Shown here: in pieces, positions 17,681 through 25,310 of the stretch | How positions within the stretch are numbered: the first letter of the stretch is position 1 | Layout of the letters: every line of letters starts with the position of its first letter | Sequence record: ON286972.1 | Reading direction: 5' to 3' (one strand) | Length of the DNA: 64,000 bases | Made by a program: the position numbers and the translations under genes | The notes under the pieces: model-generated | What the model was told of the DNA's origin: nothing | Databases searched by the model: none | The model's input: only the letters and a program-made list of their open reading frames with translations

Positions 17681-17826
17681 AAGAATACATTTTCGAAGTT
17701 ACGTTTTTGGGTAAAGGTATGCATCAACTGATACGGTCCAGCGGATACAGTGTTAACCAGGCGTGGAATAACTTAAAACAAATGTACCCGAACGCTATCA
17801 CATATCGCAACCCTCGCGAGGCATAA
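17677..17826 (+). CDS. early small protein (49 aa)
   Basis: ATGA overlap with upstream stop. Confidence 0.65.
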   Translation: MKEYIFEVTFLGKGMHQLIRSSGYSVNQAWNNLKQMYPNAITYRNPREA

Positions 17827-17840
17827 AATAAATTGAAAAA

Positions 17841-17918
17841 AGGGATTGACTCCGGTCAGTCCCTTTGCTATTATATACGCATAGACAAAAACTAGCCCAC
17901 CGGGTGCATAAATGTATC
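17841..17918 (+). ncRNA. hairpin-embedded promoter + GGGUGC unit
   Basis: GGGATTGAC-TCCG-GTCAGTCCC; CUAGCCCACCGGGUGC; no ORF before next promoter. Confidence 0.55.
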
Positions 17919-18007
17919 TATTGTTTGCTGGTGGCCTGTATTGTCTAGTACTGAAAACTATTTTAAAAAAGTACTTGCATTGTACTTAGAATCAAGTATA
18001 ATGTTTT

Positions 18008-18082
18008 ACATCAGGACGGGGAATGAAACAAGTAACCCCGTTAAGTAGTCCAGGAGTAAGACATACGAAAACCTCCCCTGAT
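18008..18082 (+). ncRNA. pseudoknotted small RNA, copy 2
   Basis: Between tandem promoters; ACGGGG/CCCCGU, GUC/GAC, GGAG/CUCC, AUCAGG/CCUGAU. Confidence 0.65.
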
Positions 18083-18150
18083 AAAATAGTTTGACAATAG
18101 AAAGTAAACGAGTATAATACTTACATCAACCACTGATAAGGAAACATAAA

Positions 18151-18426
18151 ATGCGGATTCTACTGACAGCTAACGAAATCGAACAAGTACTGACTACTAA
18201 CCTGCAAGACTGGAAACGTGAAGCAGATATCCAGGCGGTTCAATGGCTTAACGATAAGTTAACGCCGGATGACTTAAGCAAGATTGTAGATCCTCAATTC
18301 TACGAAGATATTCACGACACCGCGTTAAGCGTCGAGGATGTACTTGATAAGCACTACATTGATACTGATTTACAGGTTTACGGTCGTAAAAACTTTATCA
18401 CTATTCACGACATTTACAATACTTAA
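18151..18426 (+). CDS. early hypothetical protein (acidic)
   Basis: SD AAGGA. Confidence 0.85.
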   Translation: MRILLTANEIEQVLTTNLQDWKREADIQAVQWLNDKLTPDDLSKIVDPQFYEDIHDTALSVEDVLDKHYIDTDLQVYGRKNFITIHDIYNT

Positions 18427-18513
18427 GTATTGACAAAGTATCTTAGTACTGTATAATAGTTTACATCAAGGCGGGGAAATGGTTCCCCTCCTAACTAAAA
18501 GAGAGAAATTAAA

Positions 18514-18696
18514 ATGGCTAAGTGCACTATCTGTAAGAAAGAAATCGTATTAGTTCCAAGTGCCCGTGAACGTGCCGCTCGGTTCGGTGGCAAAGCGTCA
18601 GACTATACAAAAATGTTTACTGCCCATGCAGATTGCCAGGTAGCAAAACGTTCACAAGAAAGCGTAGAATTAATGCGTAAACTTTCCAAAAAATAA
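18514..18696 (+). CDS. early Zn-finger-like protein
   Basis: CTIC...H..C; own cassette. Confidence 0.8.
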   Translation: MAKCTICKKEIVLVPSARERAARFGGKASDYTKMFTAHADCQVAKRSQESVELMRKLSKK

Positions 18697-18784
18697 GTAT
18701 TGACAAAGTATCTTAGTACTGTATAATAGTTTACATCGAGTGAGGGGAAACGGTTCCCCTCCTAACAAAGAGAGAGAAATAAAA

Positions 18785-19108
18785 ATGGCTATGATCCTTA
18801 CCCAGAAAGTAGAACTGAAAATTGTAACCTCCTTTGACATTAAAGTTAATCGGTGGACTGATTCACACGGCAATACTTACCACTCTTGCTACGTGTCTGC
18901 TTTGATTGGTGATCGCTGGGAGGATTTAGGACATGAAACCTTTACTTACGGTTACGGCACACAAGGCGAATACACGGGCTTGGAGATCATTAAAGAAACG
19001 GTTATAGGTTTCAACCCGAAAGAAAAAGTTATTCATCAAATAGAAAAAGAGATCAACAAAGAAATAACAGTTCGCTACAACGATGTAAAACGTAAGAAAG
19101 ATATGTAA
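18785..19108 (+). CDS. early conserved phage protein, paralog of 12938
   Basis: RWTDSHGNTY...TYGYG...DVKRKKD. Confidence 0.85.
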   Translation: MAMILTQKVELKIVTSFDIKVNRWTDSHGNTYHSCYVSALIGDRWEDLGHETFTYGYGTQGEYTGLEIIKETVIGFNPKEKVIHQIEKEINKEITVRYNDVKRKKDM

Positions 19109-19203
19109 TAGAATCCATTTAAAGTACTATTTGACATTGCCCAGATAGTACTTTATAATAGACTCTCGCTTGTAGTACTAACTTAACTAATAGGATGTAT
19201 ACC

Positions 19204-19599
19204 ATGATTACTAAATTCTACGCTACCCGTGAAGCTGCCCGTATTGTTGCACGCGAGGAAGGAGCAGCATTTAAAGACATGGGCACGACCGCACCGAAAG
19301 GTCAACGCTGGGCCGTACAGTTCAAAGAAATCTCTGATATTGTGAATTCACCTGAGCCAGTACTGACAGCAGCAGAACAGAAGAAAGCTGATGAACTGTC
19401 AGCAGTACTTAACGCTCAAGATGAATTTATCGCTGGTTCTGATATTAAAGTACAGGTAAATTCGAATGCATGGACTCACGCGGATCACCTGGCTAACCTG
19501 AAGCGTCCAAGTGAACTGATTCGCAACAAACGAGAGATCCGTCATGACCGCAAGGGAAACCGTGTTACCGTATACAGTAAACGCCGCCAGGTTATCTAA
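19204..19599 (+). CDS. early hypothetical protein, paralog of 7237
   Basis: Shared N- and C-terminal motifs with an internal insertion. Confidence 0.85.
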   Translation: MITKFYATREAARIVAREEGAAFKDMGTTAPKGQRWAVQFKEISDIVNSPEPVLTAAEQKKADELSAVLNAQDEFIAGSDIKVQVNSNAWTHADHLANLKRPSELIRNKREIRHDRKGNRVTVYSKRRQVI

Positions 19600-19621
19600 T
19601 AACTTGCAGTACTAACAACAC

Positions 19622-19646
19622 GGCGGGATCAGTTCCCGCCTTTTTT
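19622..19646 (+). terminator. intrinsic terminator
   Basis: GGCGGGA-tcagt-TCCCGCC + TTTTT. Confidence 0.75.
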
Positions 19647-19661
19647 ATAGGATAAACTAAA

Positions 19662-19916
19662 ATGATTAAGGTACAACTATCTAAAGATAATATCTTGCGG
19701 GTACACTATAAAGCCCCACAGAGAATCATCACAAAGGCCGTACAGCTTGCTAATGAGTTTATTAATGGTAATCTATTACCGAGGAAGTTAAGCAACGGAA
19801 AACTGCGTGTAATCGACGTGGACACCAACAACAGAATAGTAATCGAGAATACCGGAAAGATAAACCTATATGAACACCAACAATATAATAAGAAAATAAA
19901 ACTAATATCACGTTGA
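19662..19916 (+). CDS. ParE/RelE-like small toxin-fold protein (tentative)
   Basis: P..I..KAV.....F.....P.KL..G....V....R.....G.......H..YN pattern as recalled for enterobacterial ParE-like proteins. Confidence 0.5.
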   Translation: MIKVQLSKDNILRVHYKAPQRIITKAVQLANEFINGNLLPRKLSNGKLRVIDVDTNNRIVIENTGKINLYEHQQYNKKIKLISR

Positions 19917-19970
19917 CAGTACTCAAATGTTTTAGTACTATGTATCTATACCAACACGGGGAGTAACAAA

Positions 19971-20189
19971 ATGAATTTATCTAAAGTCGAAAAGAAAACT
20001 ATTGATGTAGCTATCCAACATGGTTACACCTTTCGTAATGATTCACATTTTACCAATTTTCAACAAGGCCAACGAACTATTAAAAAACTAATTGACAAAG
20101 GTTTATTAGTTAAAGTAGATAACGGTAACGGCGTGGAGTATCAGCCAACACAAGACGCATTATCTTTAAAGAAATATGCAATTATCTAA
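19971..20189 (+). CDS. early hypothetical protein (possible winged helix)
   Basis: Own promoter; TIKKLIDKGLL. Confidence 0.75.
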   Translation: MNLSKVEKKTIDVAIQHGYTFRNDSHFTNFQQGQRTIKKLIDKGLLVKVDNGNGVEYQPTQDALSLKKYAII

Positions 20190-20254
20190 TTGACAGTACT
20201 CAAATGTTTTAGTACTATATGTACATACCAACACGGAATAACTGGAGAAACAAA

Positions 20255-20482
20255 ATGATTAATATCTTAGAACGCATCAAAGAAACTACTACGCTGGTGG
20301 ATCTACTCAATGTACTGACTTTTAAAGTAACTCGGTTTAGTACTCCTGAATTTATCAACCTCATTGATAGTAAAGGTGAATACCGCATCACTATTGAAAA
20401 TGGTCGTGCTAATGTATTCAGTACTAAATCAGGTAAAACCGCAATTCATTCAGTAATTGCAAATAAAACTGTTGCAATCTAA
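20255..20482 (+). CDS. early hypothetical protein
   Basis: SD GGAG; start adjusted. Confidence 0.8.
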   Translation: MINILERIKETTTLVDLLNVLTFKVTRFSTPEFINLIDSKGEYRITIENGRANVFSTKSGKTAIHSVIANKTVAI

Positions 20483-20551
20483 TTAGTACTAACATATAAT
20501 AGTCACATCAAGGCAGGGAATACCTCCCTGCTATCTTAAAGAGTAAATGCA

Positions 20552-21136
20552 ATGCGTAATTATACTAAATTCATCCGTACACTGGGAGAAATGGAAACTA
20601 ACAAAGAGATCCTTACAGCTTGTCGGTTGGCTGGTCTGGAGATCATCGGGGCCGGATCATCCCGTATCGTATTCGCTTTAAATGATCGGTTAGTGATTAA
20701 GGTCGCTAATTGTGACGCTGGCGTAGAACAAAATGAAACAGAATGTAAGGTATGGAATTTTTTAGATTATGACCGCCCTCACCTTAAACAGTACTTTGCA
20801 AAGGTGCATATGCATTTATGCGATCCTGATAATATGTTTATCGTTATGGATCGGTTGAGTACTGCAAGTAAAGGCAGTGTAAAGCACGTAAACGCGTGCA
20901 ATGAATTAAAGTACAATATTAAACGTAATGCCATTGAACGCCAGCACCGCTTTGCTGATGCACTACAACACGTTGATGATACATTATCAACACTAACGAT
21001 AAGAGATATCAGAAAACAGAATATCGGCCAGGATCGTAATGGCCTTATTAAAGTACTTGATTACGGTTTAACCCGCAATATCTGGAATCAGTACTATAAA
21101 AAGCGTGATGTAGAAGCAAGTAAGGTAACACGATAA
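20552..21136 (+). CDS. minimal Ser/Thr-type protein kinase
   Basis: GAGSSRIVF P-loop, VIKV catalytic Lys, EQNETE helix C, RDIRKQN (DxxxxN), DYG. Confidence 0.85.
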   Translation: MRNYTKFIRTLGEMETNKEILTACRLAGLEIIGAGSSRIVFALNDRLVIKVANCDAGVEQNETECKVWNFLDYDRPHLKQYFAKVHMHLCDPDNMFIVMDRLSTASKGSVKHVNACNELKYNIKRNAIERQHRFADALQHVDDTLSTLTIRDIRKQNIGQDRNGLIKVLDYGLTRNIWNQYYKKRDVEASKVTR

Positions 21137-21149
21137 AAAAGATTAAAAA

Positions 21150-21233
21150 AGGGATTGACTCCGGTCAGTCCCTTTGCTATTATATATTCATTGAGAGATA
21201 ACTCACTGACCCATAGGGTGCGGAAGTGTATCT
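21150..21233 (+). ncRNA. hairpin-embedded promoter + two-hairpin GGGUGC unit
   Basis: Same hairpin promoter as 17841; GACCCAUAGGGUGCGGAAGUGUAUC. Confidence 0.55.
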
Positions 21234-21359
21234 ATTATATAAGTATTCAGTACTGAAAACTATTTGATAAAAAGTACTTGCATTGTACTTAGAATCAAGT
21301 ATAATGTTTTATATCGAGAGGGGGAAATGGTTCTCCCTGGTACATTAAGGAATAAAATC

Positions 21360-21581
21360 ATGACTACAATGACTTGCATTCACGCTTCAAACCTGCTTAA
21401 TGATGCGGCCTTTAATGTTGATTCAGAATATCAATGTTATCGGGATGAAAATAAAAAAGTTTTTGTAGTTGATAATAATGGTTTCCATATTGAATTACAA
21501 TCCGGTTTCACTGGTGTTGATGGTAAATCAGTGTGGGGCGTACAGGATGATAAAGGCACATATCATTTTAAACGTAATTAA
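21360..21581 (+). CDS. early hypothetical protein
   Basis: SD AAGGA; start adjusted. Confidence 0.8.
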   Translation: MTTMTCIHASNLLNDAAFNVDSEYQCYRDENKKVFVVDNNGFHIELQSGFTGVDGKSVWGVQDDKGTYHFKRN

Positions 21582-21667
21582 GTATTGACAAAGTATATCA
21601 TCAGTACTGTATAATAGTTTACATCAAGGGGAGAATAGTTCTCCCCAATACAATAAGGAATAAAATC

Positions 21668-22075
21668 ATGTCTACTACTACTAATCTCGCTCGGAACATC
21701 ACTAACGATAAAAATCATGCTGCAATGGTTGTAGCTTACATTGAAGCTATGCAATTCAGTACTGTACATAATGATAACGGCGATTACCTGGAAGATTATG
21801 AGTTATCTGATGAAGCACGTCAAGCGGCGGTGATTGCATGTTCTCGCTTCATTGAGAAACACGGTAATGATCTGGAAGTAGTTCGCGGTATGTTTATTGA
21901 TTACGGTTATGAGCAAGCTGGTCATGATCTGTTCCTTACCCGCGAAGGTCACGGAACTGGTTTTTGGGATCGTGGTTTAGGTCACTATGGCGATGTATTC
22001 ACGAAGTACTGCGAAGAAATCAACGTTTGCGATCCCTATGTAGGCGATGATAACTTAATCTATATGGGCGAATAA
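21668..22075 (+). CDS. early conserved phage protein (AGHDLFLTREGHGTGFWDR)
   Basis: Motif of a widespread phage family. Confidence 0.9.
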   Translation: MSTTTNLARNITNDKNHAAMVVAYIEAMQFSTVHNDNGDYLEDYELSDEARQAAVIACSRFIEKHGNDLEVVRGMFIDYGYEQAGHDLFLTREGHGTGFWDRGLGHYGDVFTKYCEEINVCDPYVGDDNLIYMGE

Positions 22076-22164
22076 AAGTATTTGACAAAGTATATCAGTA
22101 CTGTATAATAGTTTACATCAAGGGGAGAATAGTTCTCCCCACACCAATAAAAGGAAACAAAATT

Positions 22165-22437
22165 ATGTCCAGCTACTCCGCTACTATGATCATTAAAGAT
22201 ATGAACGGTAATCCTACTTCTGCTGGTGGATCATTTGGAAACATTAATTTAGATGGTCGGTTATCCATGCAATCAGCCATCGATGCAGCGAAAGAAGTTT
22301 TTAAGAATGAATGTACTGTTAGTAAGCTGGATTATATGGGATTCGCTATCGAGAAAACTAATCGTTTTGTGAACTACAAAAATCCACTGATGATTGATAC
22401 TAACCTGAAAGCTAACGAAGTGGGGTACTTATTATGA
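22165..22437 (+). CDS. early hypothetical protein (LDGRLS motif)
   Basis: Own cassette. Confidence 0.85.
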   Translation: MSSYSATMIIKDMNGNPTSAGGSFGNINLDGRLSMQSAIDAAKEVFKNECTVSKLDYMGFAIEKTNRFVNYKNPLMIDTNLKANEVGYLL

Positions 22438-22625
22438 CAGTAGAAGAAGTTAAAAAAGTACTGGCAGTACTACGCTATCATAATCATTGCAAGGTGAAGA
22501 ATGATCCTGATTATGTTGATTCATCCCTGGAGGAAGACACATTAAACGCAATAAGCCATATGCAAACATTAGCAAAGCGTATGACCGAAAAGAATAGACC
22601 GGACTATATCGGAAATAAAATTTAA
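22434..22625 (+). CDS. early hypothetical protein
   Basis: ATGA overlap. Confidence 0.75.
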   Translation: MTVEEVKKVLAVLRYHNHCKVKNDPDYVDSSLEEDTLNAISHMQTLAKRMTEKNRPDYIGNKI

Positions 22626-22711
22626 AAAGTACTTGCATTGTAGTTAGATTAACGTATAATGTTTTACATAGAGCGGGGGAATAGTTCTCCCGCCAGTCCA
22701 GGAGATACACC

Positions 22712-22975
22712 ATGAACACTATCGAAATCACTATCAATGCACACGTATACGACAACGTAGCACTGCAAACTACTATGACCGCTAATGATACCAGTACTTT
22801 GCGGAATACTGTTATTAGTGCCGTATGTGCTGCAATCGGTGATGTCGCCCTGGAAAATGCAAAACACGTAAACGATGGTTTCACTATGTGCAAACGTGAT
22901 AACGCAAAACATATCATCGTGGAAGGTTACGGCGGTGTAGAATTTAATGTTTATATGAAAAAAGTACTTGCATAA
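22712..22975 (+). CDS. early hypothetical protein
   Basis: SD AGGAG. Confidence 0.8.
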   Translation: MNTIEITINAHVYDNVALQTTMTANDTSTLRNTVISAVCAAIGDVALENAKHVNDGFTMCKRDNAKHIIVEGYGGVEFNVYMKKVLA

Positions 22976-23042
22976 TAACTAAAACAAAGTATAATGTTTT
23001 GCATAGGGGGAGATATCCTCCCCCACTAAAAGGAGTAATAAA

Positions 23043-23267
23043 ATGGCTAACTTTGATGAACTGATGCGGGAAGTAGCTAACCTGGCAGAAGAGAAGAAAT
23101 CATTCGATTCTATCTATAACACCGCTCACCGTGATTCAGTACTGGCATGTAACCAGGATCAAAAAGATGAACTAATCGCCACCTATCATGAAGCATGGAA
23201 GTACTACCGACAATGGGAGAAAGAAGAAAGAGAGTCTACCATTGACGGCCTCAATAATCTAATCTAA
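23043..23267 (+). CDS. early hypothetical protein
   Basis: SD AGGAG. Confidence 0.8.
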   Translation: MANFDELMREVANLAEEKKSFDSIYNTAHRDSVLACNQDQKDELIATYHEAWKYYRQWEKEERESTIDGLNNLI

Positions 23268-23343
23268 AAGTTTTATTTCAGTACTATTGACATAGCTTGA
23301 TAGTACTGATGTAATAACTTTACTAACTACAAGGGGAAACATA

Positions 23344-23601
23344 ATGGATCAATTCACACAATATCGGGTAAATCCTCAAGCTATGGCCTACGTAGAAGAC
23401 CATAAAACGTTACCAGTACTGCAACCAGTTAAAGGCCATATCTATCGTGCAATGTCGTGGAGTGCGGCCCAGGATGGCTATAAAACCGTAGCCGTGGGTA
23501 TGTATTGCGGTAATGGTGAATGGTTTGATCCAAATAATCCGGTAGCCATTGACAGTACTGAAAAAATGAAATGGGCCGACTACATCGAAGATATTTCATA
23601 A
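23344..23601 (+). CDS. early hypothetical protein
   Basis: SD AGGGG. Confidence 0.8.
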   Translation: MDQFTQYRVNPQAMAYVEDHKTLPVLQPVKGHIYRAMSWSAAQDGYKTVAVGMYCGNGEWFDPNNPVAIDSTEKMKWADYIEDIS

Positions 23602-23691
23602 AAACTATTTGACAGTACTACAAGATAATGTATAATGTTTTACATAGAGCGGGGGAATAGTTCTCCCGCCAATAGTTTGGAGTTAAACATT

Positions 23692-23892
23692 ATGTCTATC
23701 GCTATCGCCCTGGTTGAAGTACTGAAAGAAGCTAAAGCCAACCTTATCGATGTACAGATTAAGGAATTGCAAAACGGCTTAATCGGCTGTACTTGTACCG
23801 CTGGTGGAGCGGCAGACTATCGAGAACACGAATCACTCGAATCACTGGTTCGGTATCTTACCATGATCGTTGATGATTGGAGAATCATCTAA
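23692..23892 (+). CDS. early hypothetical protein
   Basis: SD GGAG; start adjusted. Confidence 0.8.
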   Translation: MSIAIALVEVLKEAKANLIDVQIKELQNGLIGCTCTAGGAADYREHESLESLVRYLTMIVDDWRII

Positions 23893-23908
23893 CAAAAAAG
23901 AATAAAAA

Positions 23909-23986
23909 AGGGATTGACTCCGGTCAGTCCCTTTGCTATTATATACGCATAGACAAAAACTAGCCCACAGGGTGCATAGGTGTATC
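23909..23986 (+). ncRNA. hairpin-embedded promoter + GGGUGC unit
   Basis: Near-identical to 17841; CUAGCCCACAGGGUGCAUAGGUGUAUC. Confidence 0.55.
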
Positions 23987-24137
23987 CAAAATATATAGTT
24001 AATAACGGTGAGTAACTATCTGCTGGTGGGGTGAAAACTATTAATAAAAAAAGTATTGACAAAGTATATCAGTACTGCAATAATGTATCTCGTAGGGCGG
24101 CAATGGTGCGACGGCCCACAAAGTTAGGAGATTCAAA

Positions 24138-24470
24138 ATGACTACTTCAATCGCTATCGTTAAAGCTTTCATCCGTACTAATGTTTCCTCTGTATTCATC
24201 GACGGCCTCGACCGTAACGTAGAATACTCAATCATTATCGCACAAACGGCAAACGGTTCTCGGTACATCCTGAATGATAGTGAAGCAAATCACTACTACT
24301 TCACTAAAGCCACTGGCTTTAAACGCATCGATGCTGATGTAGTATACGCTAAGATGAATAAGCTGGTAGATAAGATTAACGCTAAAGGTACTATAGATTT
24401 ACAGTACTGGACCGAAACCGATCCAGAATATGGATCTCACCGCTACCTGAATCCAGGTGTTAAAATGTAA
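24138..24470 (+). CDS. early conserved phage protein (IDL..W...P.YGS)
   Basis: SD AGGAG. Confidence 0.85.
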   Translation: MTTSIAIVKAFIRTNVSSVFIDGLDRNVEYSIIIAQTANGSRYILNDSEANHYYFTKATGFKRIDADVVYAKMNKLVDKINAKGTIDLQYWTETDPEYGSHRYLNPGVKM

Positions 24471-24559
24471 AAAGTACTTGCATAGTACTTAGATTCAAGT
24501 ATAATGTTTTTCATAGAGAGGGGGAAATGGTTCTCCCTCCTAAATTAAGGAGTTTTATC

Positions 24560-24961
24560 ATGACCTTCTCAATCACTTCCTTCGCTGACGTTTTAGTACT
24601 GGCTCGGACTTTTGGTAAAGATGCACTGGAGTACGCTGTAAGTAATGGCACTATCCAACCGGAACAGTGCCGCATCATTGGAAACTGCAAACGTTGGGCG
24701 GTATCCAATACTATTGCACTGGAAAACTTCAACGATGGTAACAATGAGTATTCAGTTGATGCAGTATTCGAAGCCGTTGATCTTGGCGGTATCTATAACA
24801 CTAACCTAAATGATGTGCGTATCGTTCGCACGGGGTTCGGTGCTTATGATGTATCTATCCGTGAAGCTATGAACACCGGATACATTAGTAAGGACTTACT
24901 TGCTCACATCATGCAGCTATGGACGGAACGTAACGAAGCACGCACTATCTTAGGGCTGTAA
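24560..24961 (+). CDS. early hypothetical protein
   Basis: SD AAGGAG; start adjusted. Confidence 0.85.
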   Translation: MTFSITSFADVLVLARTFGKDALEYAVSNGTIQPEQCRIIGNCKRWAVSNTIALENFNDGNNEYSVDAVFEAVDLGGIYNTNLNDVRIVRTGFGAYDVSIREAMNTGYISKDLLAHIMQLWTERNEARTILGL

Positions 24962-25029
24962 GCAATACACATCACCAAACATCATAGGCCGCTCTCTAGC
25001 GGCCTTAACTATATCAGGAGTACACACAC

Positions 25030-25239
25030 ATGATCTATACAGTATACAGCGTTCTAGGTACTATTGCAGGCGTACACGATAACGTCGATGATGCTATGCG
25101 TACAGTACTGCAACAGGTTCCACTAAAGCCTAAGACTATTAAGCAGATGACAGCACGACTAACCAGGGCAAAGGCTGGCGGTGAAGTCTGGCAGGACTAC
25201 GCGGATACGCAGATTATCATTGCAGTAAGTAATGATTAA
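25030..25239 (+). CDS. early hypothetical protein
   Basis: SD AGGAG. Confidence 0.8.
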   Translation: MIYTVYSVLGTIAGVHDNVDDAMRTVLQQVPLKPKTIKQMTARLTRAKAGGEVWQDYADTQIIIAVSND

Positions 25240-25279
25240 TGAATTAAATGATTCAGTACTAAAACTATTAGTCAGAAAA

Positions 25280-25310
25280 TAATTGAGTCAAAAAATAATT
25301 GACTCAATTA
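25280..25310. repeat. perfect 12-bp inverted repeat
   Basis: TAATTGAGTCAA-7nt-TTGACTCAATTA. Confidence 0.85.

Larger units (their letters stand above)
6054..24505 (+). promoter_or_regulatory. array of ~45-50 near-consensus early sigma70 promoter + 5' stem-loop cassettes
   Basis: -35 hexamers at 6054, 6515, 6832, 7510, 8071, 8189, 8873, 9463, 9932, 10249, 10963, 11799, 12033, 12331, 12572, 12866, 14056, 14288, 14616, 15080, 15393, 15829, 16149, 16428, 16764, 17038, 17337, 17846, 17975, 18091, 18430, 18700, 19131, 19913, 20190, 20472, 21155, 21278, 21585, 22082, 22633, 22968, 23287, 23609, 23914, 24056, 24478; A-tract upstream, ACATC/ACATA at +1. Confidence 0.9.

Noticed and set aside
6054-24545. 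Repeat-spacer-like pattern suggesting a CRISPR array
   Set aside because: The repeats are promoter cassettes separated by whole genes of variable length; no cas genes and no constant spacer size.
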